Source: Octopus vulgaris
Taxonomy: Eukaryota
Direction of reading: 5' to 3'
Assembly (NCBI GenBank): GCA_951406725.2
Contig: OX597823.1
Coordinates: 110,794,001 to 110,858,000 of the forward strand
Length of the DNA stretch: 64,000 nucleotides
Both the position numbers and the translations under genes were made by a program. This document shows positions 53,403 to 64,000 of this stretch, piece after piece (position 1 is the stretch's first letter; each line of letters opens with the position of its first letter). Below the pieces are notes generated by a model. The model was not told where the DNA came from, made no database searches, and saw nothing but the letters and a program-made list of their open reading frames with translations.

Positions 53403-53795
53403 GGTGCCCTGGGAATGATAGCGAAAGGGACTAATTGCTACCTAACTCAGATACCAGGAAACCCCAAAATGGCAGAAATTCAAAAGATAGTGCTTATGGG
53501 AACTGCTCATATCCTACGCAAAATACTCTCTATGTAATCCCAAGGTTTAAAACAAACTTTATTTTATTTATTTATTTATTTATTTTATTTTATGATTGAT
53601 TGATTGATTCTAGTTTCAGCTCATATAATAATATTTTTTTTTTTTTATATGTATAAGACATTCACTAGTACAACACCAAAAAAAACAAAACCCCAAATAT
53701 ATGACACAGAACATCCAACCTGTTGTCTCTTGAGGTCTCTGGGTGAGACTTGGAGCCAACTTGTACAGACATAAAGCAAAAGTCAAACATAGAAT
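53401..53795 (+). mobile_element. R4/Dong 3' fragment in (TAA)n
   Basis: GALGMIAKGTNCYLTQIPGNPKMAEIQKIVLMGTAHILRKILSM* nearly identical to the 7720 element; TAA arrays on both sides. Confidence 0.9.
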
Positions 53796-53799
53796 AGTC

Positions 53800-53850
<51 letters not shown>

Positions 53851-55443
53851 TCGTCCATGTGAACTAGTCTCAGATCCAAGATTACCAGATGAACAAAGGT
53901 ATATTTATTTATTCTCAATTCTCCAACACCAGCTTCGTACTATATACACGATCATTCCATTGCACTAATTACACTGGGTTGATAAAATGTATCGTTTGTA
54001 ATGCGCTCATTCAAAAATGATGCTTGCAAAAACAGGAATGGACTTTCCAAATACACAGAAAAATTTCAAACTTATAATTGCAATGAGATAAATGTAAAAA
54101 AAATATATAATAAAAGTGGGGGAAATGCCAAATTGAATGACTAACAAAATCATCTTTGTAAACTAGAAAAATTGATATTTTTTTAGTATTGCAAATGAAA
54201 AATATATAAATAGACACAGGTCAGCTTTCAGTAAAAGAAAAGTGCAAAAGAGGTATGTTACAAGAAAGAGTACCTCCTTACCTGAAATTACGAATTTAGA
54301 TATGCTTTACGATGTTCATATGTACCCGACTTTGAATATCGATATACGTACATATATATAATTATGGAGACCAGCTACGTTTCAGTGAAGATATTTGAGC
54401 ATAAAAGCCCATTCACTGATGGATGTTTTACACTCAGAAATTTTTATTTGAAAAACTGTACTTTATTCAACTTACTTTTAAATTCAAATATTTAAACCAC
54501 TGAAACGAGAGACTGTTTTTGGATGTTTTCTAAGGCTACTAATTGCACAGATGTCCATTGCCAATAAATAACACCTGAGTTATACTTGCTGTATGTGCAC
54601 TGTCACGAATGTTACATTTCAGTCAAGAGTTTTTTTTATATAAATTTTTAACTGAAAACTCTTCGTTTATGGTTTTGACACCTGGGAAATTTTTCACGCA
54701 ACATAACATAGAAAACTTAGCACATAATGGACTCATTTATGACTTCAATAATGCAAGAAATACTGATTTCAAATTTTGGTACAAGGCCAGTAATGCTGCA
54801 AGAGGGCTTATGTCGATTACATCGACACCCAGTGCTCATCTAGTACTCATTTTATCGAACCAGAAAGGATGAAAGGCAAAATCCATTCTCAATGTAAGGA
54901 CTAGTGAAATTCCACTCAGCATTTTTCCTGGTATGTTAACATTTCTACCAGCTTGCAGCCTTATCAATGCAAGCAATATTGACAGTGAGTTTAAATTTTT
55001 ATCTTGTGAGCAAAAACATCAATGTCAGTCTAGACCAGATTCTAATGCTGGATATCGGGCAAGGAAGCAAAACAACTAACACGAAGTTTCTGCTGTTCAG
55101 CTAGAGGTTGTTATTTTTAATACTGTTATAGAAAGGAGATCAGTGGAGGCTCTCTTGAGATCTAACTGCAGTTGTTAATAAATGTTTGACAGAAATAATA
55201 CGTTATACTAGATGATATTGCTGATATGCTTGCTTTAGAGAAAATAATATATAGAAAGCATAATTTAATGAATGACCACCAACGTACTACCACCATCAAT
55301 CTAACAGATTTGTAATAATAATTGTTGTCAAAAAACTCAACTGCATTGTGGCAGTTTGTTCTCACTGCTTTGATTCTGGTTTCAAATTCTGTTAAGGTTG
55401 ATACATTGCCTTCCGTCATTCGAATATTGATAAAATAAATACC

Positions 55444-55666
55444 TATTTCTTTATTACCCACAAGGGGCCAAACACAGAAGGAACAGACAAACGGATTAAG
55501 TCGATTATATCGACCCCAGTGCGTAACTGGTACTTATTTAATCGACCCCGAAAGGATGAAAGGCAAAGTCGACCTCGGCGGAATTTGAACTCAGAATGTA
55601 GCAGCAGAAGAAATACCACAAAGCATTTCGCCCAGCGTGCTAAGGTCCCTGCCAGCTCGCCGCCTT
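55444..55666 (-). mobile_element. Young SINE B
   Basis: Close to the window consensus with CpGs retained; inserted into an older B copy. Confidence 0.9.
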
Positions 55667-55682
55667 AAGAACAGTAATGCCG

Positions 55683-55724
55683 TTCCCATGCCGAGAATCG
55701 AACCCGGGCAGCCTGGGTGAAAGC
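55683..55724 (-). pseudogene. 3' half of tRNA-Glu(TTC), retroposed
   Basis: GCTTTCACCCAGGCTGCCCGGGTTCGATTCTCGGCATGGGAA matches the anticodon loop to acceptor end of metazoan tRNA-Glu(TTC). Confidence 0.8.
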
Positions 55725-55911
55725 AAAATAAATACCAGTGTTTTACTTCCTCTCAATATGATTGATTATATTCCTCCACCGAAACTTCGTGTATAAATAT
55801 GTATGTTAATGAATGGATATTAAATTGTTTTACTGACTTGAATGCTCCTGTGGAAATAAGGCATTCACTAATCAAGTGTGACAATGCAAGTGTACATATT
55901 CTACAAGCCTA

Positions 55912-56190
55912 GGCGTGGAGGCATATGGCCTAGTGGCTAGAGCAGCGGACTCGCGGGTTCGAATCTCAGACCGGGCGATATGTGTGTTTATGAGCGAAAC
56001 ACCTAAGCTCCACGCGGCTCCAGCAGAAGGTAATGGCGAATTTCTGCTGACTCTTTCACCACAACTTTCTCTCACTCTTACCCCATGCATCTTGCAGCTC
56101 ACTTGCGACGGACCGGCGTCCTGTCCAGGTGGAAACCGGGAAACCGGCCCTTATGAGCCAGGCATGGCTCGAGAAGGAACAAACAAAAAA
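55912..56190 (+). mobile_element. tRNA SINE with V-domain-like segment (family I)
   Basis: A box TGGCCTAGTGG, B box GGTTCGAATCT, TGCGACGGACCGGCGTCCTGTCCAGG. Confidence 0.75.
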
Positions 56191-57356
56191 AACCTAGGCA
56201 GATTTATTTTGAGAAAGACTGGCAGTTGTCCATGCATGCAAGTTTCCTTCCCCGCACCACCAGTGTTCATCCATGCAGACACAGGCTGGCACCATTCATC
56301 ATAGGAATTGCTGTTATAATGCAAAGTGCATAACAGCTTCCTCGCCCGAGTCTCTAACAGTTCTGTCATCAACCAGCCTGGATTGGCATTGTTTTATGGA
56401 CCCTGAGACAATGAAAAGCAAAATTTACCTTGTCAGGATTTGATCTCAGAACACAGAGAGTTAGAAAAAAATAGCATGAGGGATTCTTACAACACCGCCA
56501 ATTTCTACTGGTTAAATAAGTTTTCTAGATGTGATGTCAGTGTCAATGAACTGAACGACATACACGACACTTATATTTTATATATTTTGTAGCATTCACC
56601 TGATAATTAGAAGAGTAGTGCTTACCTACACATTGAAATGATTTAGTAACATGGTGGACTTAGCTAGTAAAAGTTAAATGATCTGACCATGGATTCAGTA
56701 CCATTTTACTTGCAAGATACCAAAAATGTCGGCACTTACCAAAATGTTGACAAGTAGACATTCTCTAAAACCAGTCATTTTTTATTTATTCAACTTTTAT
56801 AGCAAGCATCGATATTCTGAAACTAGTAAAGATTCTTCTATAGATTGTGGGAGAAAGGGTCGACTGAAAAAGACAGGGCTGAAAAAATAAATAAAAAGAA
56901 TAAGTACATAAGAAAACCTCAGTTACTAACAAGAAAATCTGATATCTTTGTTTAAAAAATGAATAGAAAAAATCAACAATAGCAAACAGAAAATATATAC
57001 GTTTCTGTTTTCTAGATATTCTGAAATGTTTTTAGTAAGAAATATGAGACATAAAACACAAAAATATTTTTAAAAATAACAAAACAAAAAGCACAACCCT
57101 CAGATCTGTCTACAAATGGAAAATTCTGAATTGTTTAAGTCCGGCCCCCCCTCCCTCTATACAGCCATACTTCCAAACCAATCTAGTGTTCTTTTTGAAA
57201 ATATATCGAAAAAATCAGTAGAAAGAAAGGAAAAAAAAGAACCAAAATAAAATAAAGAAAAGAAGAATGAATAAAATCAAGATATATCAAGAAATGAAGA
57301 ATAAAATGGATGAAATGAAGATGTGTAAAGAGGGAATGAGTGAAATACTCTACGAA

Positions 57357-57392
<36 letters not shown>

Positions 57393-58341
57393 AGGGAGAG
57401 AAGGAACAAAACAGAAAGAAATAAATAAAGGAAAAATAAGAAGGATAGAGAAGGCCAGAAAGGTAGAAAGAATAGTTAAAAGATAGCCAGAAAAGATGGC
57501 ACAAAGAAAAGTCAATGCATTAGGATTCTAACAGAAAATGGCAGAATAGATAAAATGGTTTCTGGAATTTTTGTTGTCTTCTTACATTTTCTTCCAATTC
57601 CTTTTACAATTTTGTCCACATCACAAATCTTCCTTCTCCCTGGAGATACAATTTTACCAGATTTACCATCGTACAATGCATGAACATAGAGAAATACAAA
57701 TATATACATAACCATACATACATACATACATATATATATATAATTATACACACATATAAACACAAATACGCAGAGATAGATAGACAGATAGACAGATATA
57801 TATATATATATACACGTACACATATACATATTCATATATATATATGTATATATCTTTAAAGTGTGTACGTGTGTATACATACATACATATATATATACAC
57901 ATACACACACACATATTTTAAAGGGTCCACTAGAAGGTGCAACATGTTAACGTATGTTTTGAATACAGTAGAAAAGTTCCACATTATTACATACCTCTGT
58001 TTGACAAAGTTCGACAACTGCTTTCATGCTCCACCCCACCATCCGATAGACTATATAACAGAATTCAAAATATCATGTAGAAGCGAATGAACACAGAAAG
58101 CATAACTGGTATTTTATGCTTTATAAAATGTACCCCCGTTTCTGTAAGCTGGCTGTCTCCATTATTCTATAGAGTTAAATTATTTCCTCAGCATCATAAA
58201 CAAATACTTTTCTGAAACACATAAAGCACAAAATATTAATTATGTTTTCTGTTTTCATTATCTATCTATCTATTTATTTATCTGTCTATATGTATGTCTG
58301 TTTATCAGTTCTCTCTTTCTCTCTCTCCCTCTCTCACTAGC

Positions 58342-58397
<56 letters not shown>

Positions 58398-58400
<3 letters not shown>

Positions 58401-58570
58401 GGGAGTATAACTCCAAACTTACAGGGAAATATTCAATTTAGTATTAAATCAAATTTCATAATATAAATATATAATATACATAAATTAGAGAAAAACCACC
58501 ATTACGTAATACTATGTGGTGTGATTTAAGTGTATCATTGTTTGAATTAAATAATAGTGGTTTTTCTCTA

Positions 58571-58580
<10 letters not shown>
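58398..58580. mobile_element. Family D element, short inverted end
   Basis: TAAATTAGAGAAAAACCAC at about 58481 is inverted at about 58557-58576. Confidence 0.7.
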
Positions 58581-58627
<47 letters not shown>

Positions 58628-59045
58628 TATATATGTGTGTGTATGTATGTATGTGTGACTGTGTGCGTGTGTGTTTGCTTGGCTGTAGACGCCATTAAAA
58701 TTTTATAAACATACGAGAGAACGTGAGTTAATTACTTTTTGGAACATCTCGAAATACACACACATAAAACTATAAGTAAAAGCATGTAAATATAATGTTG
58801 GGTCAAAAAACCGTTTACGCAAAAGCTGCCCGATCTTAGGACACAAACCTTCATCTCCTGTAGACAGAACAGAAGTTCTACCATTGTACCAATACCTTTA
58901 GCAATATAGAATCCTTCATTTCACACGTTATAACAACGTCTATGTTTATAACATTTACATACACCTATGTGCATTTATACAAACATACATCATACACACG
59001 TAATTATATGCGCGTGTGTGTGTATGTATATATGTATATATATGA

Positions 59046-59084
<39 letters not shown>

Positions 59085-59163
59085 AATATATATAATAATT
59101 TAATTAATAAAATATATGCATACATGCATACATATATGTGCGTACCTACATCTACATGTATAT

Positions 59164-59220
<57 letters not shown>

Positions 59221-59304
59221 TAAACAGTAAAAATAATTACAGACATGGACAAGAACATGAAACACCACAGAGACGACACAAGAACCACAGGACGGGACAT
59301 TCGA

Positions 59305-59370
59305 AGCCCTCAGTCATCAGTCAAGAACCAGATCATCTTAGCAATTTCGGCTGATTAATCTTGAGATTGC
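59305..59370 (-). ncRNA. Candidate non-circularly permuted hammerhead ribozyme (copy in 3' repeat)
   Basis: gcaaUC-tcaaga / agcc-GAAA-ttgc / tcttga-CUGAUGA-ctgag-ggct. Confidence 0.55.
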
Positions 59371-60072
59371 TCCGATTTGGGCAGCTCGCCAAGTGAAATC
59401 TAAGCCAAGCGCATTAGATCCCCTGGAAGAAAGCTTCGAATGTATACAACACGAGGACGGAAAACGAACGAAGTACACGAACAAAAATACAGAATACGTG
59501 ACACCAATAAGAATACAAAAACGTAAAAACAATAACGGTAAAAATAAAAGACAAAACAAAACCAGGACGTAGGACAAGGGTCTTTCGACAGGACGAGTTG
59601 AGTTTGGGGCTGGCTTATGAAGTTGTGCCTAATGGCCGCAGGGAGACGAACAAATACGTGTTGCTTCGGCGACTGCTGGAACGAAAAGAGCGCTCAACAG
59701 TGGCTAGCGGTCACGTGAGAACAAAAGACAGGAGAAAGGGACAGATGAAAAGAGAGAGAAGGTGGACGAGGGAGGAGAAGAAAGAGACAGATCGAGGGGG
59801 CTGGAGGTGAGAGAGATAGAGAAACGTAGAAGGGGGGGAAGACGGATGGAGAGGGAAAGAAAGGAAGGGGAATAAGGGAGGAGAGAGAGAGAGAGAAAGA
59901 GACAGATTAAGAGTCGTATCAATGCTAGAGAAAAAATATACTTATCGTATAAGGACAATTGTGGATACGTAGCCGCCGATTATATAGGTAAACAGTAAAA
60001 ATAATTACAGACATGGACAAGAACATGAAACACCACAGAGACGACACAAGAACCACAGGACGGAACATTCGA

Positions 60073-60138
60073 AGCCCTCAGTCATCAGTCAAGAACCAGA
60101 TCATCTTAGCAATTTCGGCTGATTAATCTTGAGATTGC
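60073..60138 (-). ncRNA. Candidate non-circularly permuted hammerhead ribozyme (copy in 5' repeat)
   Basis: Identical to 59305-59370. Confidence 0.55.
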
Positions 60139-60150
60139 TCCGATTTGGGC

Positions 60151-60197
<47 letters not shown>

Positions 60198-60204
60198 TAT
60201 ATAT

Positions 60205-60840
60205 ATGAGTACAGGACACCACAAATAAACGTAGAACTCAACGAGAAACGAAAACATAAAAACAAACATGGAAACGGTCTTTTTTTTAACAACGAAAAAA
60301 CAGAGTACAAGACAAACAATACAAGGAATATTCCCCTTCATCACCTGTCCCTGGTTCGACTCCATGCGTGTCTCGAAGGTAAGGACAGAACAAGAGCCGC
60401 CGAACCAGTCCTTCTTGAAAAAGAATTAAATAAAATTCCTTTGCAGAGGGGTAAAAACAAGGAAAGAAAAAATGTAACAAGAACAGGACGTAAAAGCAAT
60501 ACAAATAAAAATACAAATAAAATACAAATACAAAATAAAAATACTATATAAAAAATACAATACACATAAAGAATAAAAACAGGACAAGGAAACCAACATT
60601 GAGGGCCTTTTTTTAAGCCTAGACGATGGAAAAATTCAGAGCGCAAGAAAAAAGCCATGTTGGCTTGTAGAAGGCAGCGAGTCAAAGGAAGTTGGTCGAC
60701 TCAGCAGTGAGAGAGATGAGGAGGAGTGAGAGAGAGAGAGAGATAGAGAGGAAAGGAAACCAGAAAGGGTGAAAAATAAGAAGGAGAGAGACAGGCAAAG
60801 AGGAAGACAGATAGGAAGGAAGGAAAGGTCAAGCATACAT
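60205..60840 (-). mobile_element. Family G TA-embedded element with decayed permuted hammerhead-like motif
   Basis: Same pyrimidine-rich minus-strand organisation as family F; motif at 60333-60392. Confidence 0.55.
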
Positions 60841-60849
60841 ATATATACC

Positions 60850-61049
60850 ATTGTGACCGAGCAGGCCAACAGAAGAAATAGTGAAAGTTGTAGCGAAAGA
60901 GTACAGCAGAGATCGCCACCACTCCCTGCCGGACTCGTGGAGCTTTAGGTGTTTTCGCTCAATAAACACTCACAACGCCCGGTCTGGGAATCGAAACCGT
61001 GATACTACGTCCACTAGTCCTATGCCCTAATCACTGGGCCATTGCGCCT

Positions 61050-61052
<3 letters not shown>
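60850..61052 (-). mobile_element. tRNA SINE family I (5' part)
   Basis: ATGGAGGCGCAATGGCCCAGTG head; GAGCGAAAACACCTAAAGCTCCACG shared with 55912. Confidence 0.75.
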
Positions 61053-61131
<79 letters not shown>

Positions 61132-61249
61132 ATATATATACATATTTATACACACATATATATATATATATATATTTACACATACATATATATACATATT
61201 TATACACACACATATATATATAAAGTTTCTTCCAGAGACACATATATAT

Positions 61250-61416
61250 TCTTTTCTACACTAAACACAAGGCTCAATTTTTTTGTGGGAGGGAAAGGGG
61301 CCAGTCAATTAGATAGACCCAAGTATGCAACAGGTACGTAATTTATCGACTCCGAAAGGATGAAAGGCAAAGTCGACCTCGGCGGAATTTAAACTCAGAA
61401 TGTAATGGCAGACGAA
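61250..61416 (-). mobile_element. 5'-truncated SINE B
   Basis: Central domain and tail present. Confidence 0.8.
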
Positions 61417-61701
61417 TAGACGTATATATATTACAAACATATAATCAATAGTCATGTATCATACTATTATATACTATTTACATACTTTCATAGTTAGTTT
61501 CCTTTACATTCATTCATAAAATGTGTATATTATACATAAATGCAAATCTATGTATCAATCAATCACTTACTCAGTCGGTCAATCAATCACTGTAACTATC
61601 TCACTATCCATATATTGTTCCCTCACACAGTCTATTCGTCCTTGTAAACATTTACTTGGCAGTGTATGTCTATCTAGATATAGATAGAAGTATATCTATC
61701 C

Positions 61702-61770
<69 letters not shown>

Positions 61771-61818
61771 CCTATCTACCTATCTACCTACCTACCAATC
61801 TACCTATCTATCTATCTA

Positions 61819-61923
<105 letters not shown>

Positions 61924-61962
61924 GAAGGAAGGTTTGAAAATGCAATTTTAAAAGATGTTTAT

Positions 61963-62007
61963 TTACTTTACCGGTTTCACTCTTTGGAAAAAGATTGTCA
62001 AAAGTAA
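61963..62007 (-). ncRNA. Decayed minimal type I hammerhead
   Basis: ttactt-UUGACAA-tcttt-ttcc-aaaga-gt-GAAA-ccgg-UA-aagtaa; two transitions away from CUGACGA. Confidence 0.45.
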
Positions 62008-63186
62008 CATGTAAAAGTTTGGTTGCGTTAATTATTGGTTGTTACAAAATGCTACATTACATATATACAGTCTTTGGTAACAAAAACATGTTAAGGAAAT
62101 AAAAAAGTTTAACAAGTTCCTTAAAATATTGGGCACAAAAGATTACAACATAAATATACATTCTCAAGAAAATGTTAAAGATTGTTTCCAGAAGTTCAGA
62201 GGGATATTGGTATTGTAAACCACATAGACACATCTATGCACACCACATATGTACACACACACACACACACTCGAACCATTCTGACCTCTAAAGACCAATC
62301 CCCAAAATCATTAATAGGCAATAAAAATAATAGAACCAACATAGTTCCATGGTTAATAGTGATTATTGCGGGGCAACTTGGTAAAGCAAACTTAAAACCA
62401 AACTTGATTAGAAAGTTCTAATGACTCCGAAGACCATCAAGCAATACCAGAACTGAATTTAAAGGCAACAAATTGATGAGAGGGCAGTAGAAGGTTTAGT
62501 CATTATATTTGTTGAATGAAATCTCATCTTAGAGCTGGACACCCTGATAAACTAGGAAAACTAAATTAAAATAAGGTAAACGTAAACAATGAATTGCATG
62601 AACAAGAGTTATATTACTAATGACAACAATAAAAAAAATAATCTTTCATTAAAGAAAAATTTTATGAAATATTTAATAAAATGAAATTACTATATTTGCC
62701 AGTATGTATGATACACTTTAGCATAAGATGCACTCTAATTTTACTAGTAGATTTCGTGGAAGAAGTAAATTTAGTATGTTTCATCACAGGCTGATTGAAA
62801 GGTATTTTAAAGTGGTTTTGTTGGGAAAATATATTGTTCTGTGCATATAAAGAGAATGCTGTGACAGTATACTGGCAAAATGTACGAAACCATAAATTTG
62901 TCAAATACGAACCATGTTATGGGAATACCGTATTTCAACTTAATTTTCTTTCTGTTCAACAGTATAGTTGATTATATTTTCCTCAAGGGAATTGCCATTC
63001 AGAATATAAAACTTTTGTCTACTATATTCTATGTTACAGCAATCGGCCACCAGGTTGGTTCTCCACCGCTATGATTTTGTTGTCATCCACTCATTGCAAA
63101 TTGCTGATAAGCTGATGAAAAATCTAGCATTCCTTTCATCTTTCTGGGAGAATTTTCATGTAGATGATTTATAAAATGTTTCTTAA

Positions 63187-63396
63187 CCCTTTAGCATTCA
63201 GATTATTCTATACTTATATATTCACATTCTTTTGAATTAGTCATATATTATCTTGAGGCTTTGAGATTTTGATGATGGGATTGTATATTTTTAAAATGAC
63301 ATCATGGAGTAAGCGTGAGAAGCCAAATTGAACTGGTTTGAACATAAAACACGTAGAATATTTGGGTTGGATATAACCAGTTTAAATGCTAAATGA
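63187..63396. mobile_element. TTAA-flanked (piggyBac-type) MITE
   Basis: TTAA-CCCTTTAGCATTCAGA ... TTTAAATGCTAAATGA-TTAA. Confidence 0.7.
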
Positions 63397-64000
63397 TTAA
63401 AGGTAACACTGTTATTAAATAATGTAAAACACATCAAATGTGAGTTGTGTATGCTAGGAAGGTGATATAACAAGGTGATGTGACCTTTCCACATAACTGT
63501 TGATGTAGCGTAAGCAATTTTGTATAAGTTTGTGCAAACAGACTGTGATAATTTGGCTTGTTCTCAATATTTTATTAATAGTAGCTATTATTGTGCTGCG
63601 CAGACTTATACTTATTTGGCTCCATTGCCTACAACATTTCGTCTCCCATCGTGATATAGCCACATTGAATGCTGGGCAATTTCTGGTACATTTAAAAATA
63701 AAAATATGTGCATCTTGCACAATGACTAGTACAGTATATTTGTTGGTGAAAGATAATATTAAATCAAGAAACTTAATAGAAATCTGCCATTTTAATAACT
63801 TATTTAGCAATATATGAATATGGATAATAATATAATATAATACTAAGTAATCAATAAAAAATATTTTTAAAGCAGGCTCTAGATTTCTGAGAGAAGGTCG
63901 CGCTTTTTGGTCTGAGAGGCCTCAGGTTTTCCATTATTAATTTAGTAGATTATAACAATCCAGCGCTTGACTGGCTCTTTATTTTACCGAACCCGAAAGG

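Larger units (their letters stand above)
59213..60152 (-). mobile_element. Family F retrozyme-like element: 768-nt unit with ~172-bp terminal direct repeats
   Basis: 59213-59384 matches 59981-60152 with one mismatch seen; (TA)n on both sides; no credible ORF. Confidence 0.85.

Noticed and set aside
58825-58900. tRNA-like sequence on the minus strand
   Set aside because: Degenerate B box and no acceptor stem; at most a decayed SINE head, not a tRNA gene.

Overview
AT-rich eukaryotic DNA dense in microsatellites and retroposons, probably intronic or intergenic. The SINE, RTE and simple-repeat content suggests an octopus or other coleoid cephalopod (inference). No intact host protein-coding gene was found, and almost all ORF-track calls are translated microsatellites or SINEs. 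The window is a mosaic of tRNA-headed SINEs, 5'-truncated LINE ends (R4/Dong, RTE including BovB-like, CR1), decayed mariners, a TTAA MITE, a complete non-autonomous Helitron and a ~830-bp near-perfect palindrome. The most interesting signal is a set of non-coding elements inside (TA)n tracts that carry hammerhead-ribozyme (HHR) motifs. Some are minimal type I HHRs of the Penelope/retrozyme kind. Two unrelated families (26751, 59305, 60073; 60333) appear to carry the three hammerhead strands in a NON-circularly permuted order. One of these places that motif in both terminal direct repeats of a 768-nt unit, a retrozyme-like architecture. All folds and alignments were done by eye and need computational and biochemical confirmation.
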